This document shows, piece after piece, positions 1 to 9,194 of a stretch of 58,540 bases of DNA. Below the pieces are notes generated by a model. That model saw only the letters and a list, made by a program, of their open reading frames with translations, was not told the origin of the DNA and did not search any database. Origin of the DNA: Bacteroidia bacterium (GTDB taxonomy: Bacteria; Bacteroidota; Bacteroidia; Chitinophagales; BACL12); assembly GCA_030432405.1 (NCBI GenBank), contig JAUIHG010000003.1:1-58540 (forward strand). The letters run 5' to 3'. Both the position numbers and the translations under genes were made by a program. The number at the start of each line of letters is the position of its first letter. Position 1 is the first letter of the stretch.

Positions 1-1
1 C

Positions 2-646
2 CGGCGCGGCGTGAAAATCCTGGGCCTGATGGGCCTGGACCTTTTCCTCGATTTTGCCGTGACCATCGATCCGCTTCAGGATGCCCTGACCTTGCAGCGC
101 CTGGACGGCGAAGGCCTGGCCCTGGACCCCGATGGCCTGGACCACCGCAGCCCGCAAATGCAAACGGACATCAAAGTGCGGGACAACAGCGTTTTCCTGA
201 TGGGCCGCGTGGGCGGGAAAAAGGTCCAATTCATGCTCGACACCGGCGCGGAAATGAACGTGTTGGACAACGACAACCCCAGCAAGGTGCTGGACGCCAT
301 GCGCATTGAGCGGCGCATTCCCCTGCACGGATCGGCCGGCGGACAGACCGAAGCCCTGGCCGGGACCCTGCCGGAATTGGACCTTGGTGGGCGTATCTTC
401 CCGGGAGGCAAAACCATCATCACGGACCTGGACGGTCTGGGCAAAGCCGTCAGCGGCGGTGTGCAGGGCATGCTGGGGTATGCCTTTCTCTCCCAGGGTG
501 TGGTCCGTTTGAATTTCAAAAACAGCACGCTTTCCTGGTACACCTTTGTGGAAGGCCGGGGCCAGCAAGGTTGCGACGCCCCGTTGGTCAACGGCGGCAA
601 AGACTTCCCCCGACGACGCGCAAACGGCAACACCATTCCGGAATAG
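2..646 (+). CDS. Clan AA (retropepsin-like) aspartyl protease, 5'-truncated by the window edge
   Basis: FMLDTGA catalytic motif and GMLG motif; N-terminal ILGLMGLD looks like the end of a preceding protease domain; the frame is open to the window start. Confidence 0.8.
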   Translation, partial: RRGVKILGLMGLDLFLDFAVTIDPLQDALTLQRLDGEGLALDPDGLDHRSPQMQTDIKVRDNSVFLMGRVGGKKVQFMLDTGAEMNVLDNDNPSKVLDAMRIERRIPLHGSAGGQTEALAGTLPELDLGGRIFPGGKTIITDLDGLGKAVSGGVQGMLGYAFLSQGVVRLNFKNSTLSWYTFVEGRGQQGCDAPLVNGGKDFPRRRANGNTIPE

Positions 647-819
647 CACCACATCCTGGCAAACCCCATCCGCTTCACCGCGTATCCACCCTCATGTTTC
701 ACAGCATCCATACCTGTAGCACAGCAACAAGGCCTCTGCACGACCGGGTCCGGGCTGCATGCTGCACGGGCCCGGGCGCACGGGGCACACGCTTGGGTGC
801 ATGGGGCACAAGCCTGGCC

Positions 820-2331
820 ATGGCCCTGATGCTTGCGCTGTTGGTCGGCCTTCCGGCCACGACGGCCCATGCGCAAAGCAAACCGGAAGACGGCTGCTGT
901 GCCTTATACGTGCGGGACGGATACCTGCACCTGATTTTGGAACGATCGGTCCCGACCACCGTGCTCGACTCCGTTTTGACCGACCTGGGCTTCCGCAGCC
1001 TTCCCCACCTGGACTCCCTGGACGCGGCCAACAAAACCGCCACCGGGCCCAACCGCGAAGGCTGGGAATTCCTGAAGCGCAAGGGTGGAGGCAAGGAATA
1101 CGTGTTCCGCAAAAACCTGAGCTGGTCGGTCGGTACCTTCCCCTCCGACCCCCTGGTCATCCTGCCCGACATCGATTGGATGGAAATTGAAGGCCAGGCT
1201 GCCGGAATCGGCGAACCCTTTGGCGCCAACGACTTCAAACAGGTGACCGTTCGCCCGTTGGGCGATTGGCCCGCAAGGGCCGACCACAAGGAGCGCGGCC
1301 GTGTGCGCTTCCTGTTTCCTGACCGCCAGAACGCCAACCGGGTCATGCTGGCCGGCAGCTTCAACAGCTGGAGCACCACCGCCACGCCCATGCGGGCGAC
1401 CGACAGCGGCTGGGTGGTGGAGCTTGAACTGGCCCCCGCCCGCCACACGTATAAATTCATCGTCGACGGGCGTTGGCAAGAGGACCCCTACAACCGCAAC
1501 AAGGAATCCGATGGGCACGGTGGTTTCAACTCCGTGTTTTTCATGCCCAACCACCGCTTCACCCTGGGCGGACGCCAGGATGCACGCAAGGTCCACGTGG
1601 CCGGCAACTTCAACGGCTGGGAGCCCAAGGAGCTGGCCATGCGCAAGCATCCAACGGGCTGGTTCCTGGATGCGTGGTTCGCCGAAGGCACTTACAGCTA
1701 CAAATACGTGGTGGACAAGGACTGGATCCTGGACCCCGGCAACCCGGTTTCGCGCAGCGACGGCATGGGCAACCGCAACAGCTTTTTTGCCATCGCCGCC
1801 ACCACCTGGTTTGTGCTCGAAGGCTTTCCCAATGCCCGTTCCGTGGTGCTCAGCGGCAGTTTCAACGGCTGGAACGGGGCAGAACTGGCCATGGAGCGCC
1901 GGCCGGAAGGCTGGACCATCGGCCATGTGCTGCAGGCCGGCAACTACGGCTACAAGTTTGTGGTGGACGGACGCTGGATCACCGACCCGGCCAACCCCGT
2001 GACCTACGGCAAGGGCGAGGAACAAAACAGCCTCCACGTGGAGGACCCCAACCACCGTTTTCGCCTGCCGGCGAACGACAGCATCCAGACCGTGAGCCTG
2101 TCCGGCAGCTTCAACGACTGGATCGAACCGGGCTATGCCATGCGCCGCGACGCCAAGGGCTGGTACCTGGACCTGTACCTCGGCCTGGGCAAACACCGCT
2201 ACAAGTACATCATCAACGGCCAGTGGGTGCGTGACCCGACCAACCCCCAATGGGAAGAAAATGAGTATGGGACGGGCAACTCCGTGATCTGGAAAGAAGC
2301 GCTGGAGGCCCTGAAGGCCAAAACGCCCTGA
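820..2331 (+). CDS. Secreted protein with four tandem AMPK-beta-like glycogen-binding (CBM48-like) domains
   Basis: Four repeats of (A/S)G(S/N)FNxW...M...W...YK(F/Y)(I/V)(V/I)(D/N)xxWxxDP...NS; signal peptide MALMLALLVGLPATTAHAQ; start uncertain (694 is an alternative). Confidence 0.8.
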   Translation: MALMLALLVGLPATTAHAQSKPEDGCCALYVRDGYLHLILERSVPTTVLDSVLTDLGFRSLPHLDSLDAANKTATGPNREGWEFLKRKGGGKEYVFRKNLSWSVGTFPSDPLVILPDIDWMEIEGQAAGIGEPFGANDFKQVTVRPLGDWPARADHKERGRVRFLFPDRQNANRVMLAGSFNSWSTTATPMRATDSGWVVELELAPARHTYKFIVDGRWQEDPYNRNKESDGHGGFNSVFFMPNHRFTLGGRQDARKVHVAGNFNGWEPKELAMRKHPTGWFLDAWFAEGTYSYKYVVDKDWILDPGNPVSRSDGMGNRNSFFAIAATTWFVLEGFPNARSVVLSGSFNGWNGAELAMERRPEGWTIGHVLQAGNYGYKFVVDGRWITDPANPVTYGKGEEQNSLHVEDPNHRFRLPANDSIQTVSLSGSFNDWIEPGYAMRRDAKGWYLDLYLGLGKHRYKYIINGQWVRDPTNPQWEENEYGTGNSVIWKEALEALKAKTP

Positions 2332-2359
2332 GGCTCGCCGTAGGCCGTGCGGACGGCGC

Positions 2360-3796
2360 TTATTCGATGATCTCCTCCAGCAGACTGCGGTCCGGGTTGA
2401 GGGCGTAGAAGGTCTTGCGCTTCAATTTGCCACTCTTGGCCGCCAGCTGGTCGGCCATCTTGTCGATGGCCACCGTAGCCAGTACCGCCTGCACATACGC
2501 ATCGATCAAATCGTCGATGCCCAGGCCCAGCTTGTTGAAGTCCTTGCGGTCCATCAAAATGAGCCGCGCGATGTCGTAGTCCCACTCGTCGACCCCCTTT
2601 TTGACCGAGATGTTGGTCCCGAGGATGGGCCAGGTGGCCTGGTCTTTCTTCAAGCGGTCGGGCAGGGCTTCGGCCGCACGGCGGGAATACATGCCCAACG
2701 GGCGAAAGCCTTCCTCGGTGTAGTGGATCATCAGGCGCAGGTCCGACACGTAACTCCGGTCGTGTTTGTCCGGGAAGGTGCCCACGTGGTAGAGCTTGCC
2801 GGCTTCGGTCTGGGAGCTCCAATGGTGGTTGCCGATCAGGCTCTGGACGATGTATTTCTCGTAGCGGCCGTCCGTGGCCATGAAGGCATCCAGTTCCGCC
2901 TTGCTGGTGATCAGGTAAACGCCCTGACCGGCATTGCCGTAGGGGTTTTTGACCACCACGTGGCCGCCGAAGCGCTCGTACCAGAAGGGCACTTCGGCCT
3001 GTTCGATGTCCCACTGGGTGACCGGGGTGTGGATCTTCAGGCTGGATGGCCGCAATTCGGCGTTGAAGAAGTCGTAGGCCTTGGCGGCCAGCATTTTGTT
3101 GCGCCCCCCGGCCAGGCAGGTCAGAATGGGGTTGAAGACCTGGGTTTTGAGGCCTGAGGGCAACCGGTTCCAGGGATTCTGCGTCAGGTACCGGAAGGCA
3201 AAACGGATGGGATGCCAGGTGCCGGCATCGTCACGGACTTCCAGCACCCGGTCGTTGATGCGGACGTTCGGATCGCTTTCGGATTGCTTCCAGGTCACGC
3301 AGTGCACCGGTTCGCCGAAACGCTGGCTCAGCGCGAAGGCATAGCCCCGGGCCTCCATGGGGTTCTTGTCGTAGACCACCGCCAGGGCACCCGAAATCAG
3401 CCGCTTGCCCTTGAGAAAGGCCTGAATGCCGCCGTTCATCAACCGGCCATACCCGCCCCATTCGTCGTGTTCGTCCAAAAGCGGCGTGGACTTTTGGCCG
3501 GAGGGGCAGGAATTGGTTTCGATCAGCACCATCTGCCGCTTGCCTCCGGCGGTGGCCACGTGGATCAAATCGGCCCCGGACCAGAAAAACCAGCGCGGCC
3601 GGTAGTGGAGCATCGCCGACAGGCGCTCCGGATCAACGCTGGGGTTGAGGTGCTGGTAGCGGCGCGCAATGCGCGATACCGGCATGCGCATGAAGTGCTG
3701 CACCAGGGTGTTCATGGTGCTGTTGAGCACTTTGGGATACCAGTGCTGTTCAAACTGGAAGTCCGTGTGCTGGATGCGTTCGTACATGTTGGGCAA
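2360..3796 (-). CDS. Uncharacterised ATP-grasp-like ligase, probably circularly permuted
   Basis: N-terminal GADL...VLIETNSCPSG (ExN metal motif placed early), VVKNPYGNAGQGVY loop, YIVQ and DLRL motifs. Confidence 0.6.
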   Translation of the reverse strand: MPNMYERIQHTDFQFEQHWYPKVLNSTMNTLVQHFMRMPVSRIARRYQHLNPSVDPERLSAMLHYRPRWFFWSGADLIHVATAGGKRQMVLIETNSCPSGQKSTPLLDEHDEWGGYGRLMNGGIQAFLKGKRLISGALAVVYDKNPMEARGYAFALSQRFGEPVHCVTWKQSESDPNVRINDRVLEVRDDAGTWHPIRFAFRYLTQNPWNRLPSGLKTQVFNPILTCLAGGRNKMLAAKAYDFFNAELRPSSLKIHTPVTQWDIEQAEVPFWYERFGGHVVVKNPYGNAGQGVYLITSKAELDAFMATDGRYEKYIVQSLIGNHHWSSQTEAGKLYHVGTFPDKHDRSYVSDLRLMIHYTEEGFRPLGMYSRRAAEALPDRLKKDQATWPILGTNISVKKGVDEWDYDIARLILMDRKDFNKLGLGIDDLIDAYVQAVLATVAIDKMADQLAAKSGKLKRKTFYALNPDRSLLEEIIE

Positions 3797-3816
3797 ACTA
3801 AGGGGCCTGCGCCGGT

Positions 3817-4818
3817 TTAGACGAGGGGTTTGCCGGTATCCAGGCCCATGGGCCGGGGATCGTGGCCCAGGTGCAGGATGCGGCTGCCGGTCTGGTTGAT
3901 CGGGTTCACGCTTTTGCCGATCACAATGCCGCTGCGGGCAGCCTTGAAGGTTTTGACGGTCTGCCCGAAGATGTCTTTGACCACGGCGATGTCCATCCCC
4001 GCGGTGATCTGCTGGTTGAGTTCCGGCAGGACGCTGAGGATGCCGCCTTCGTCCGTAAAGGACCAGGAAGAAGAGCGGCAGAGCATGCTGACGTGCTGGT
4101 GGTTGTTCAGCTCCCCGTCCACCATGTTGAGGTCCACCAGCACGTTGAAGGCGCCCTGGACGCCCTGGTCGATGACGTCTTTTTGGAAAGTGGCCGGATC
4201 GCAGAGTTCCACGGTAATGGCCTTGATGCCTTGGCTCGCGGCGGTGCCGCGAAGGGTATAGTCGTCCGGCGGATCGTGCAAAATGATGTCGGCGCCCTGC
4301 AGGTGGGCCATGCGTGCGGTGGCCGCATCGCTCATTTCCGCACGGATGTAAAAGGAATTGATGCGGCCGGCGCTGGCCGTGTGCAAATCCAACAGGTAGT
4401 CGAAACGCGAAACAATCCGGTCCACCAAACGGTGGATATAGACCTCGCTTTGATTCCCGTTTGGCTTGCCTGGCGCAATGCGGTTGAGGTCAACTCCATC
4501 GTTGAAATAGCGCTGTTCGCGGATGACCGCGGGCACATTGGCGGCCAGCACACCGACCACGGTTCCGCGCAAATGCGCCACATCCAATTGCGAAAACAAC
4601 TTCTGGATGACCCGTATGCCGTTCAGCTCGTTGCCGTGCAAGGCGGCGGTCAGGCCCACCACGGGACCGTCCTCACTGCCGCGGGCCACCAGCATGGGAA
4701 TGCGGATGGGTTCGCCCAGGCCGTTGTTGGCCAGGTGCAGCCAGGCCCGGTGCAGGCCGTTGGGGGCGTATTCGTCCAGTTTGAGCCGGTGGACGTGCCG
4801 GCCGCGCAGTTCGAGCAT
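3817..4818 (-). CDS. Succinylglutamate desuccinylase/aspartoacylase (M14-like) amidohydrolase
   Basis: Zn motif HGNE, DLNR, DLH, catalytic VE and a C-terminal barrel-sandwich-like domain; start moved to MLELRG. Confidence 0.85.
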   Translation of the reverse strand: MLELRGRHVHRLKLDEYAPNGLHRAWLHLANNGLGEPIRIPMLVARGSEDGPVVGLTAALHGNELNGIRVIQKLFSQLDVAHLRGTVVGVLAANVPAVIREQRYFNDGVDLNRIAPGKPNGNQSEVYIHRLVDRIVSRFDYLLDLHTASAGRINSFYIRAEMSDAATARMAHLQGADIILHDPPDDYTLRGTAASQGIKAITVELCDPATFQKDVIDQGVQGAFNVLVDLNMVDGELNNHQHVSMLCRSSSWSFTDEGGILSVLPELNQQITAGMDIAVVKDIFGQTVKTFKAARSGIVIGKSVNPINQTGSRILHLGHDPRPMGLDTGKPLV

Positions 4819-4906
4819 GGGGCGTTTCGGTATGGCCCGCAAAAGTACATGCGGCGCCTTCGGCGAAGCCGCAATGGCCCGCCTTAAATCCGAATCAACA
4901 CCTTGC

Positions 4907-6751
4907 TCAGGGTCCGACCAGGATGCGCCGGGTCTGCACGGCATGCCCGCTTTGCAGGTGCAGGATATAGATCCCGCGCGGCAGGGCGGACAGGTCAAAG
5001 TGGAGGCTGTGTGCCTCCTTTCGGACGGGGACCATGGGGCGGTGGCCGTCGGGTTGGACCAGTTGGCCCGACCAGGGTGTTTCGCCGGTCCAGGCGACAT
5101 GCAGTTGCGTTTGTGCCGGGACCGGCCATACCCGAACGGCCAGCGGGTCCTTCGCCGTCCAGGCGCTGACCACTTCGGAAAAGCTGTGGTTGCCGTTGAG
5201 GTCCTCCTGCCGAAGCCGATAGTAGTTCAGGCCCGGCATCGGAGCCTGGTCCCAGTAGCGATACGCCGTGGTCTGGGTGCTGGTGCCTGCGCCGTCGACC
5301 CGGCCGAGCAGGGTCCAGGATTGTGCGTCGCGTGAGCGCTGGATGTCAAAAAAGCGGTTGTTGGTCTCGCTGGCCGTGGCCCAGTCCAGGCGGATGCGCG
5401 GACCCACGGCTTGCGCGGAAAAATGGAACAACTCCACCGGCAGGGGGGACGCCGACAGGCGAAGGCTGCCCATGGTGTAGTACCCATCGGCGCTGAGTGC
5501 CACATCGTTGAAATGGACCTGGTCGTCCACGATGGCATCCGCCACACCGGCCACGGTCCAGGCACCGGTGCGGTTGGCCCGGTACAGCAGCATGTAGTTC
5601 TGCACCGAATCCGGCAGCAGGTCGGAGCCCACCTCCCCAAAGTCCCAGGCCAAATCCACCGTGGCCGCTGTGCCAGCATCGGTAACGTCAATGTACCAAT
5701 CCCGTTGCCAGCGGCCTTCCAGGACAGTGTCGGCAACAATGTCCACGGTATTGGTACCGGAGGGCGTGCCGGAATGCCCGATCAGGACATGGTCTCCGGT
5801 TTCAAAGCCGGCGCTGCGGGTAACGGAAATGCCGCCGGAAAAGCCGGCGCTGTACACGTGGTAGGTTGAGCCTCCGATGGTGTCCATGCCCACCCCGATG
5901 ACATCGAGGTCGTAATTGCCCTTTGCCGTTTCGTCACCGCTGTAGAAATCGGTGCCTGGCAGGATGGCTATCCCATATCGGGCATTATAGGCATTGGAAA
6001 TCATGCGGCGTTCCAGGGGGTGCAGCACGCGGTTGTACTTGACCAATTCCGCCACCCGTCCATTGAGCCGCGTACCTCCGCCCTGGCCCGGTCCACCGAT
6101 GAAGCTGGTGTCTCGCCGGAACTCCGGGGTATAAAAGTAGTTGGCGTGCAGGCTGTCGTTGCGGAACAGCATGCCAGTTCCGGAGCCTCCGGTCGTGTCA
6201 AAGGTTGTGGCCAGCATCACCCAGGTATTGGCCGGGGTGGTGCTGGTGCCCACGTGCAGGCTTCCGCCTACGTAGTTCATGATGCGGGAAGCGTTGGAAA
6301 CGCTCGGTCCGCGATATCCGAACGTATTGCGGCCCCCGTGCTGGTGGATGACGTCCACATCGCTGCTGGGGGTGCTGACCTGAAACAGGGCCACGAAGGT
6401 CATGCCTTCGTTGCTGTTGCCGATGTAGTTTTCGATCCGCAGCTGTTGGCTGCCGTCAAAATCCAGGCAGGGCATGTTGTTGATGCCCGGGTCGCTGGCC
6501 ACGTATGTCGGGCGGTTGGCGCCGTTGGACAGCGCGCTGTCGCCCTGGCCGCTCATGTCCAGCCACATGGAAATCGATGCCCCGTTGGTGGTACTGGAGG
6601 TGCCGGAATCTGCCCGAAACCAGTGTTGGACACCAGAGCCAATGCCCCCCGGTCCCTGCTGGGCCTGCGCGGATTGCGGCCAGCACAGACCCGTGGTGAG
6701 CGCCCAAAGGGCGAACACACATGCTGTTGGTTGCTTCCAGAAATGACGCAT
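4907..6751 (-). CDS. T9SS type A sorting-domain protein with a LamG/ConA-like N-terminal domain
   Basis: Signal peptide; GPGG..WFRAD and GRVAELVKYNRVL LamG-like motifs; PLPVEL...WATASETNN...YYRLRQ...WPVPA...GIYIL C-terminus. Confidence 0.8.
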   Translation of the reverse strand: MRHFWKQPTACVFALWALTTGLCWPQSAQAQQGPGGIGSGVQHWFRADSGTSSTTNGASISMWLDMSGQGDSALSNGANRPTYVASDPGINNMPCLDFDGSQQLRIENYIGNSNEGMTFVALFQVSTPSSDVDVIHQHGGRNTFGYRGPSVSNASRIMNYVGGSLHVGTSTTPANTWVMLATTFDTTGGSGTGMLFRNDSLHANYFYTPEFRRDTSFIGGPGQGGGTRLNGRVAELVKYNRVLHPLERRMISNAYNARYGIAILPGTDFYSGDETAKGNYDLDVIGVGMDTIGGSTYHVYSAGFSGGISVTRSAGFETGDHVLIGHSGTPSGTNTVDIVADTVLEGRWQRDWYIDVTDAGTAATVDLAWDFGEVGSDLLPDSVQNYMLLYRANRTGAWTVAGVADAIVDDQVHFNDVALSADGYYTMGSLRLSASPLPVELFHFSAQAVGPRIRLDWATASETNNRFFDIQRSRDAQSWTLLGRVDGAGTSTQTTAYRYWDQAPMPGLNYYRLRQEDLNGNHSFSEVVSAWTAKDPLAVRVWPVPAQTQLHVAWTGETPWSGQLVQPDGHRPMVPVRKEAHSLHFDLSALPRGIYILHLQSGHAVQTRRILVGP

Positions 6752-6914
6752 ACGATGGCGGGCAGCCTCGGGGTGACGTGCCGTATCAGCGGCTTACGCC
6801 ATGTTTGTGGGCTAGTTGTGAATAGTGAAGCCCACAACAGGCTGGGCGACAAAGGCTTGTGAAAGTGTCCATTGCGCGACACCGTCTTGGGCCAGTCCTG
6901 CTCGTAAGGGCCCG

Positions 6915-6922
6915 TAGTTTTG
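6915..6922 (+). promoter_or_regulatory. Bacteroidota sigma-A -7 element
   Basis: TAGTTTTG matches TAnnTTTG, upstream of the FKBP ATG at 6940. Confidence 0.5.
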
Positions 6923-6939
6923 CCGCAACCGCCCGATCC

Positions 6940-7452
6940 ATGTTGCCATTGCCCGCCTTCCTGACTGCCAAAGCCCGCACCATCCGCTTCCATGCCGTGC
7001 CCTTGATGTTGACCGGCTTGCTGAGCGCCACGCTGCTGTTGCCCGCCTGCGAAAGCCAACAATCCAGGGAGGACGAAATGATGATCCTCGAGTTCATCGA
7101 TGCCAATGGCCTTTCGGCACAGGCAACGCCGGAAGGCGTCTATTACGCCATCGATGTGGAAGGCAGCGGTGTACGGCCCAGCTTGGCCGGCGCGGTGACG
7201 GTGCATTATGAAGGCAGCCTCCTGGACGGCACCATTTTCGACAGCAGCTACGACCGCGGCGCCCCTTCCACCTTCCCCCTGGCCAATGCCATCGCCGGAT
7301 GGCAGATCGGATTGCCGCAGTTCAGGGAAGGCGGCAGCGGCTGGTTGTTGATCCCCAGCGGGCTCGCCTACGGCGAAAACCCTCCGGCGGGATCGGTCAT
7401 TCCCGAGAATGCGGTGCTGGTCTTCCGCATCGAGTTGCTCGACGTGCTGTAG
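6940..7452 (+). CDS. FKBP-type peptidyl-prolyl isomerase (lipoprotein)
   Basis: VTVHYEGSLLDGTIFDSS, IAGW, LIPSGLAYG, LVFRIELL; lipobox LLPAC; start may be 7006. Confidence 0.92.
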   Translation: MLPLPAFLTAKARTIRFHAVPLMLTGLLSATLLLPACESQQSREDEMMILEFIDANGLSAQATPEGVYYAIDVEGSGVRPSLAGAVTVHYEGSLLDGTIFDSSYDRGAPSTFPLANAIAGWQIGLPQFREGGSGWLLIPSGLAYGENPPAGSVIPENAVLVFRIELLDVL

Positions 7453-7473
7453 CGCGGCTTCGCCGAAGGCGCT

Positions 7474-7899
7474 TCAGACCTTTTGGATGCATTCCGGCAT
7501 GTGCTGGAGGACAATCCTGGCCAGCATTTCTTCGGTGAGGGGCTTGGTGCAAAAGCCCGCCAGTGCCGGATGTTTTGTGCCCCGGTCCCGGTCGTCGGGA
7601 TTGATGCTGGTGGTCAGCATGACCACTTGGGGGCGTTCGTCTTTCCAGGGCAGTGCGTCCCAGGTCTCCAGGAAATCCCATCCGCTCATGCCCGGCATAT
7701 TGATGTCCAGAAAGATGAGATCGGGCAACGGCGCATTGGACTGAAGGCTTTGGCTCAACCAGGTCTGTGCCGCTTCCGCACTGCTGCATTCCTCAATGCG
7801 CCGCACCTTTCCGGAATCCTCCAGTATAATCCGGTGGAAATAGTTGGTCGGCTGGTCGTCATCCACAAGCAGCACAAAATCAACAGAAAAGCGCATCAT
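7474..7899 (-). CDS. Single-domain response regulator (receiver only)
   Basis: LLVDDD, LIFLDINMPGMSG, LTTS, KPL; ATGA overlap with the stop of the upstream kinase. Confidence 0.92.
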   Translation of the reverse strand: MMRFSVDFVLLVDDDQPTNYFHRIILEDSGKVRRIEECSSAEAAQTWLSQSLQSNAPLPDLIFLDINMPGMSGWDFLETWDALPWKDERPQVVMLTTSINPDDRDRGTKHPALAGFCTKPLTEEMLARIVLQHMPECIQKV

Positions 7900-9059
7900 G
7901 CTCTGGTCTTGGGTATGGATATCAAAAATGCAGCACCGGTTCCGTTGCGCGGCTCCACGCAACGTATGTTTCCGTTGTGCAGTTCAACGATCTTTTTGGC
8001 ATGAGCCAGACCGATGCCGATGCCGGGATAGGCTTCACGTCCGTGGAGGCGTTTGAACAGCTGGAAAACCTTCTCCCGGTACTCCGGCGCAATGCCAATC
8101 CCATTGTCTTCAATTCGAATTTCCCATTCTTTTTCGTTTTCCCTGGCCTGAATATGCACCTTGGTCGGCTGGCCATCATGGCCGAATTTCAGGGCATTGG
8201 TCATCAGGTTTTGGAACAAGGTGTATAGCTCCTTGGGGTAACCACTAATGGTCGGCAGGTGGCGGAAGGCCACGGTGGCCTGGTTATCGCGAATGGCCTC
8301 CTGAAGGTCCGCGCAAACGTCTTCCATGATGGCATTCAAATCCACCGATTCCACGTTGCTGTTGCGGCCCAGTCGGGAGTGCATCAACAGGCCGGAAATC
8401 AGTTCGCGCATGCGGCGCGAACTGTCATCCAGGTACTGAAGGGCCATCCGTTCGCGCTCGGGTTGTTCCGGATCAGCACCGCGTTGCAACAAACCGGTGT
8501 AATTGGTGATGGTCCGCAACGGTTCCTGCAGGTCGTGGGAAGCGATGTAGGCAAACTGTTCCAGTTCCCGGTTTTTGTGTTCGAGCTCCCGGGCCCGGGC
8601 TTCCAGGCTGTCCCTGGCCGAACGGAGTTCGCCTTCCAGGCGATCCCTTCTGCGCAACTCCTCGTTGAACTCCGCGGTGGTGCGCAACTGCACCGCTTTG
8701 GGAAAGAAGTGGAACAATCCGAACACGGTCATCCAGGAGACCACAGCGGTTCCAAAAAGCAGCAAGGCGCTCAGTCTGTAGGCCGGATAATAAAAAATGA
8801 TGGCGTCCACGAGGTGTGTGGCGCCACAGAAGAGGATAAAGCCGATAAAGAGCCAGAAAATCCTGGGCATCGGGATGTCGGGCTTGCGGACAACAAAGCG
8901 GAAGAGGAAGACGGGGATGATGAAATACGCCGCCCAGATGGCGATGTCCGAACCGATGTACAACCAGCCGTGAAAACTGCTCCATTCCCCGCAGTTCCAC
9001 CGCGCAGGCCACTCGGAAGGATCAAACAGGTGCCTAAAAAAATGGTATACCTGATCCAT
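7896..9059 (-). CDS. Sensor histidine kinase with an ETR1-like (ethylene receptor) three-helix N-terminal domain
   Basis: SDIAIWAAYFIIP...FILFCGATHL...TAVVS; H-box SHDLQEP; N-box NLMTNALKF; G boxes DNGIGI and GIGIGL. Confidence 0.88.
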   Translation of the reverse strand: MDQVYHFFRHLFDPSEWPARWNCGEWSSFHGWLYIGSDIAIWAAYFIIPVFLFRFVVRKPDIPMPRIFWLFIGFILFCGATHLVDAIIFYYPAYRLSALLLFGTAVVSWMTVFGLFHFFPKAVQLRTTAEFNEELRRRDRLEGELRSARDSLEARARELEHKNRELEQFAYIASHDLQEPLRTITNYTGLLQRGADPEQPERERMALQYLDDSSRRMRELISGLLMHSRLGRNSNVESVDLNAIMEDVCADLQEAIRDNQATVAFRHLPTISGYPKELYTLFQNLMTNALKFGHDGQPTKVHIQARENEKEWEIRIEDNGIGIAPEYREKVFQLFKRLHGREAYPGIGIGLAHAKKIVELHNGNIRCVEPRNGTGAAFLISIPKTRA

Positions 9060-9194
9060 GCGATCAAGTATACCATTAAAAGTTGCCCTCTATGGGCACC
9101 ATATGGGACAATGTTGGAACCGCGACATTCGCTACAGCCCCGGGAGGCTTAGCAGATTATCCCGCGGAATCCGCGCACAACCAGCCGGTTGCCC

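Noticed and set aside
6805-6837. 9-bp inverted repeat TTGTGGGCT/AGCCCACAA in a divergent promoter region
   Set aside because: Single copy with no associated regulator, so no function can be assigned.
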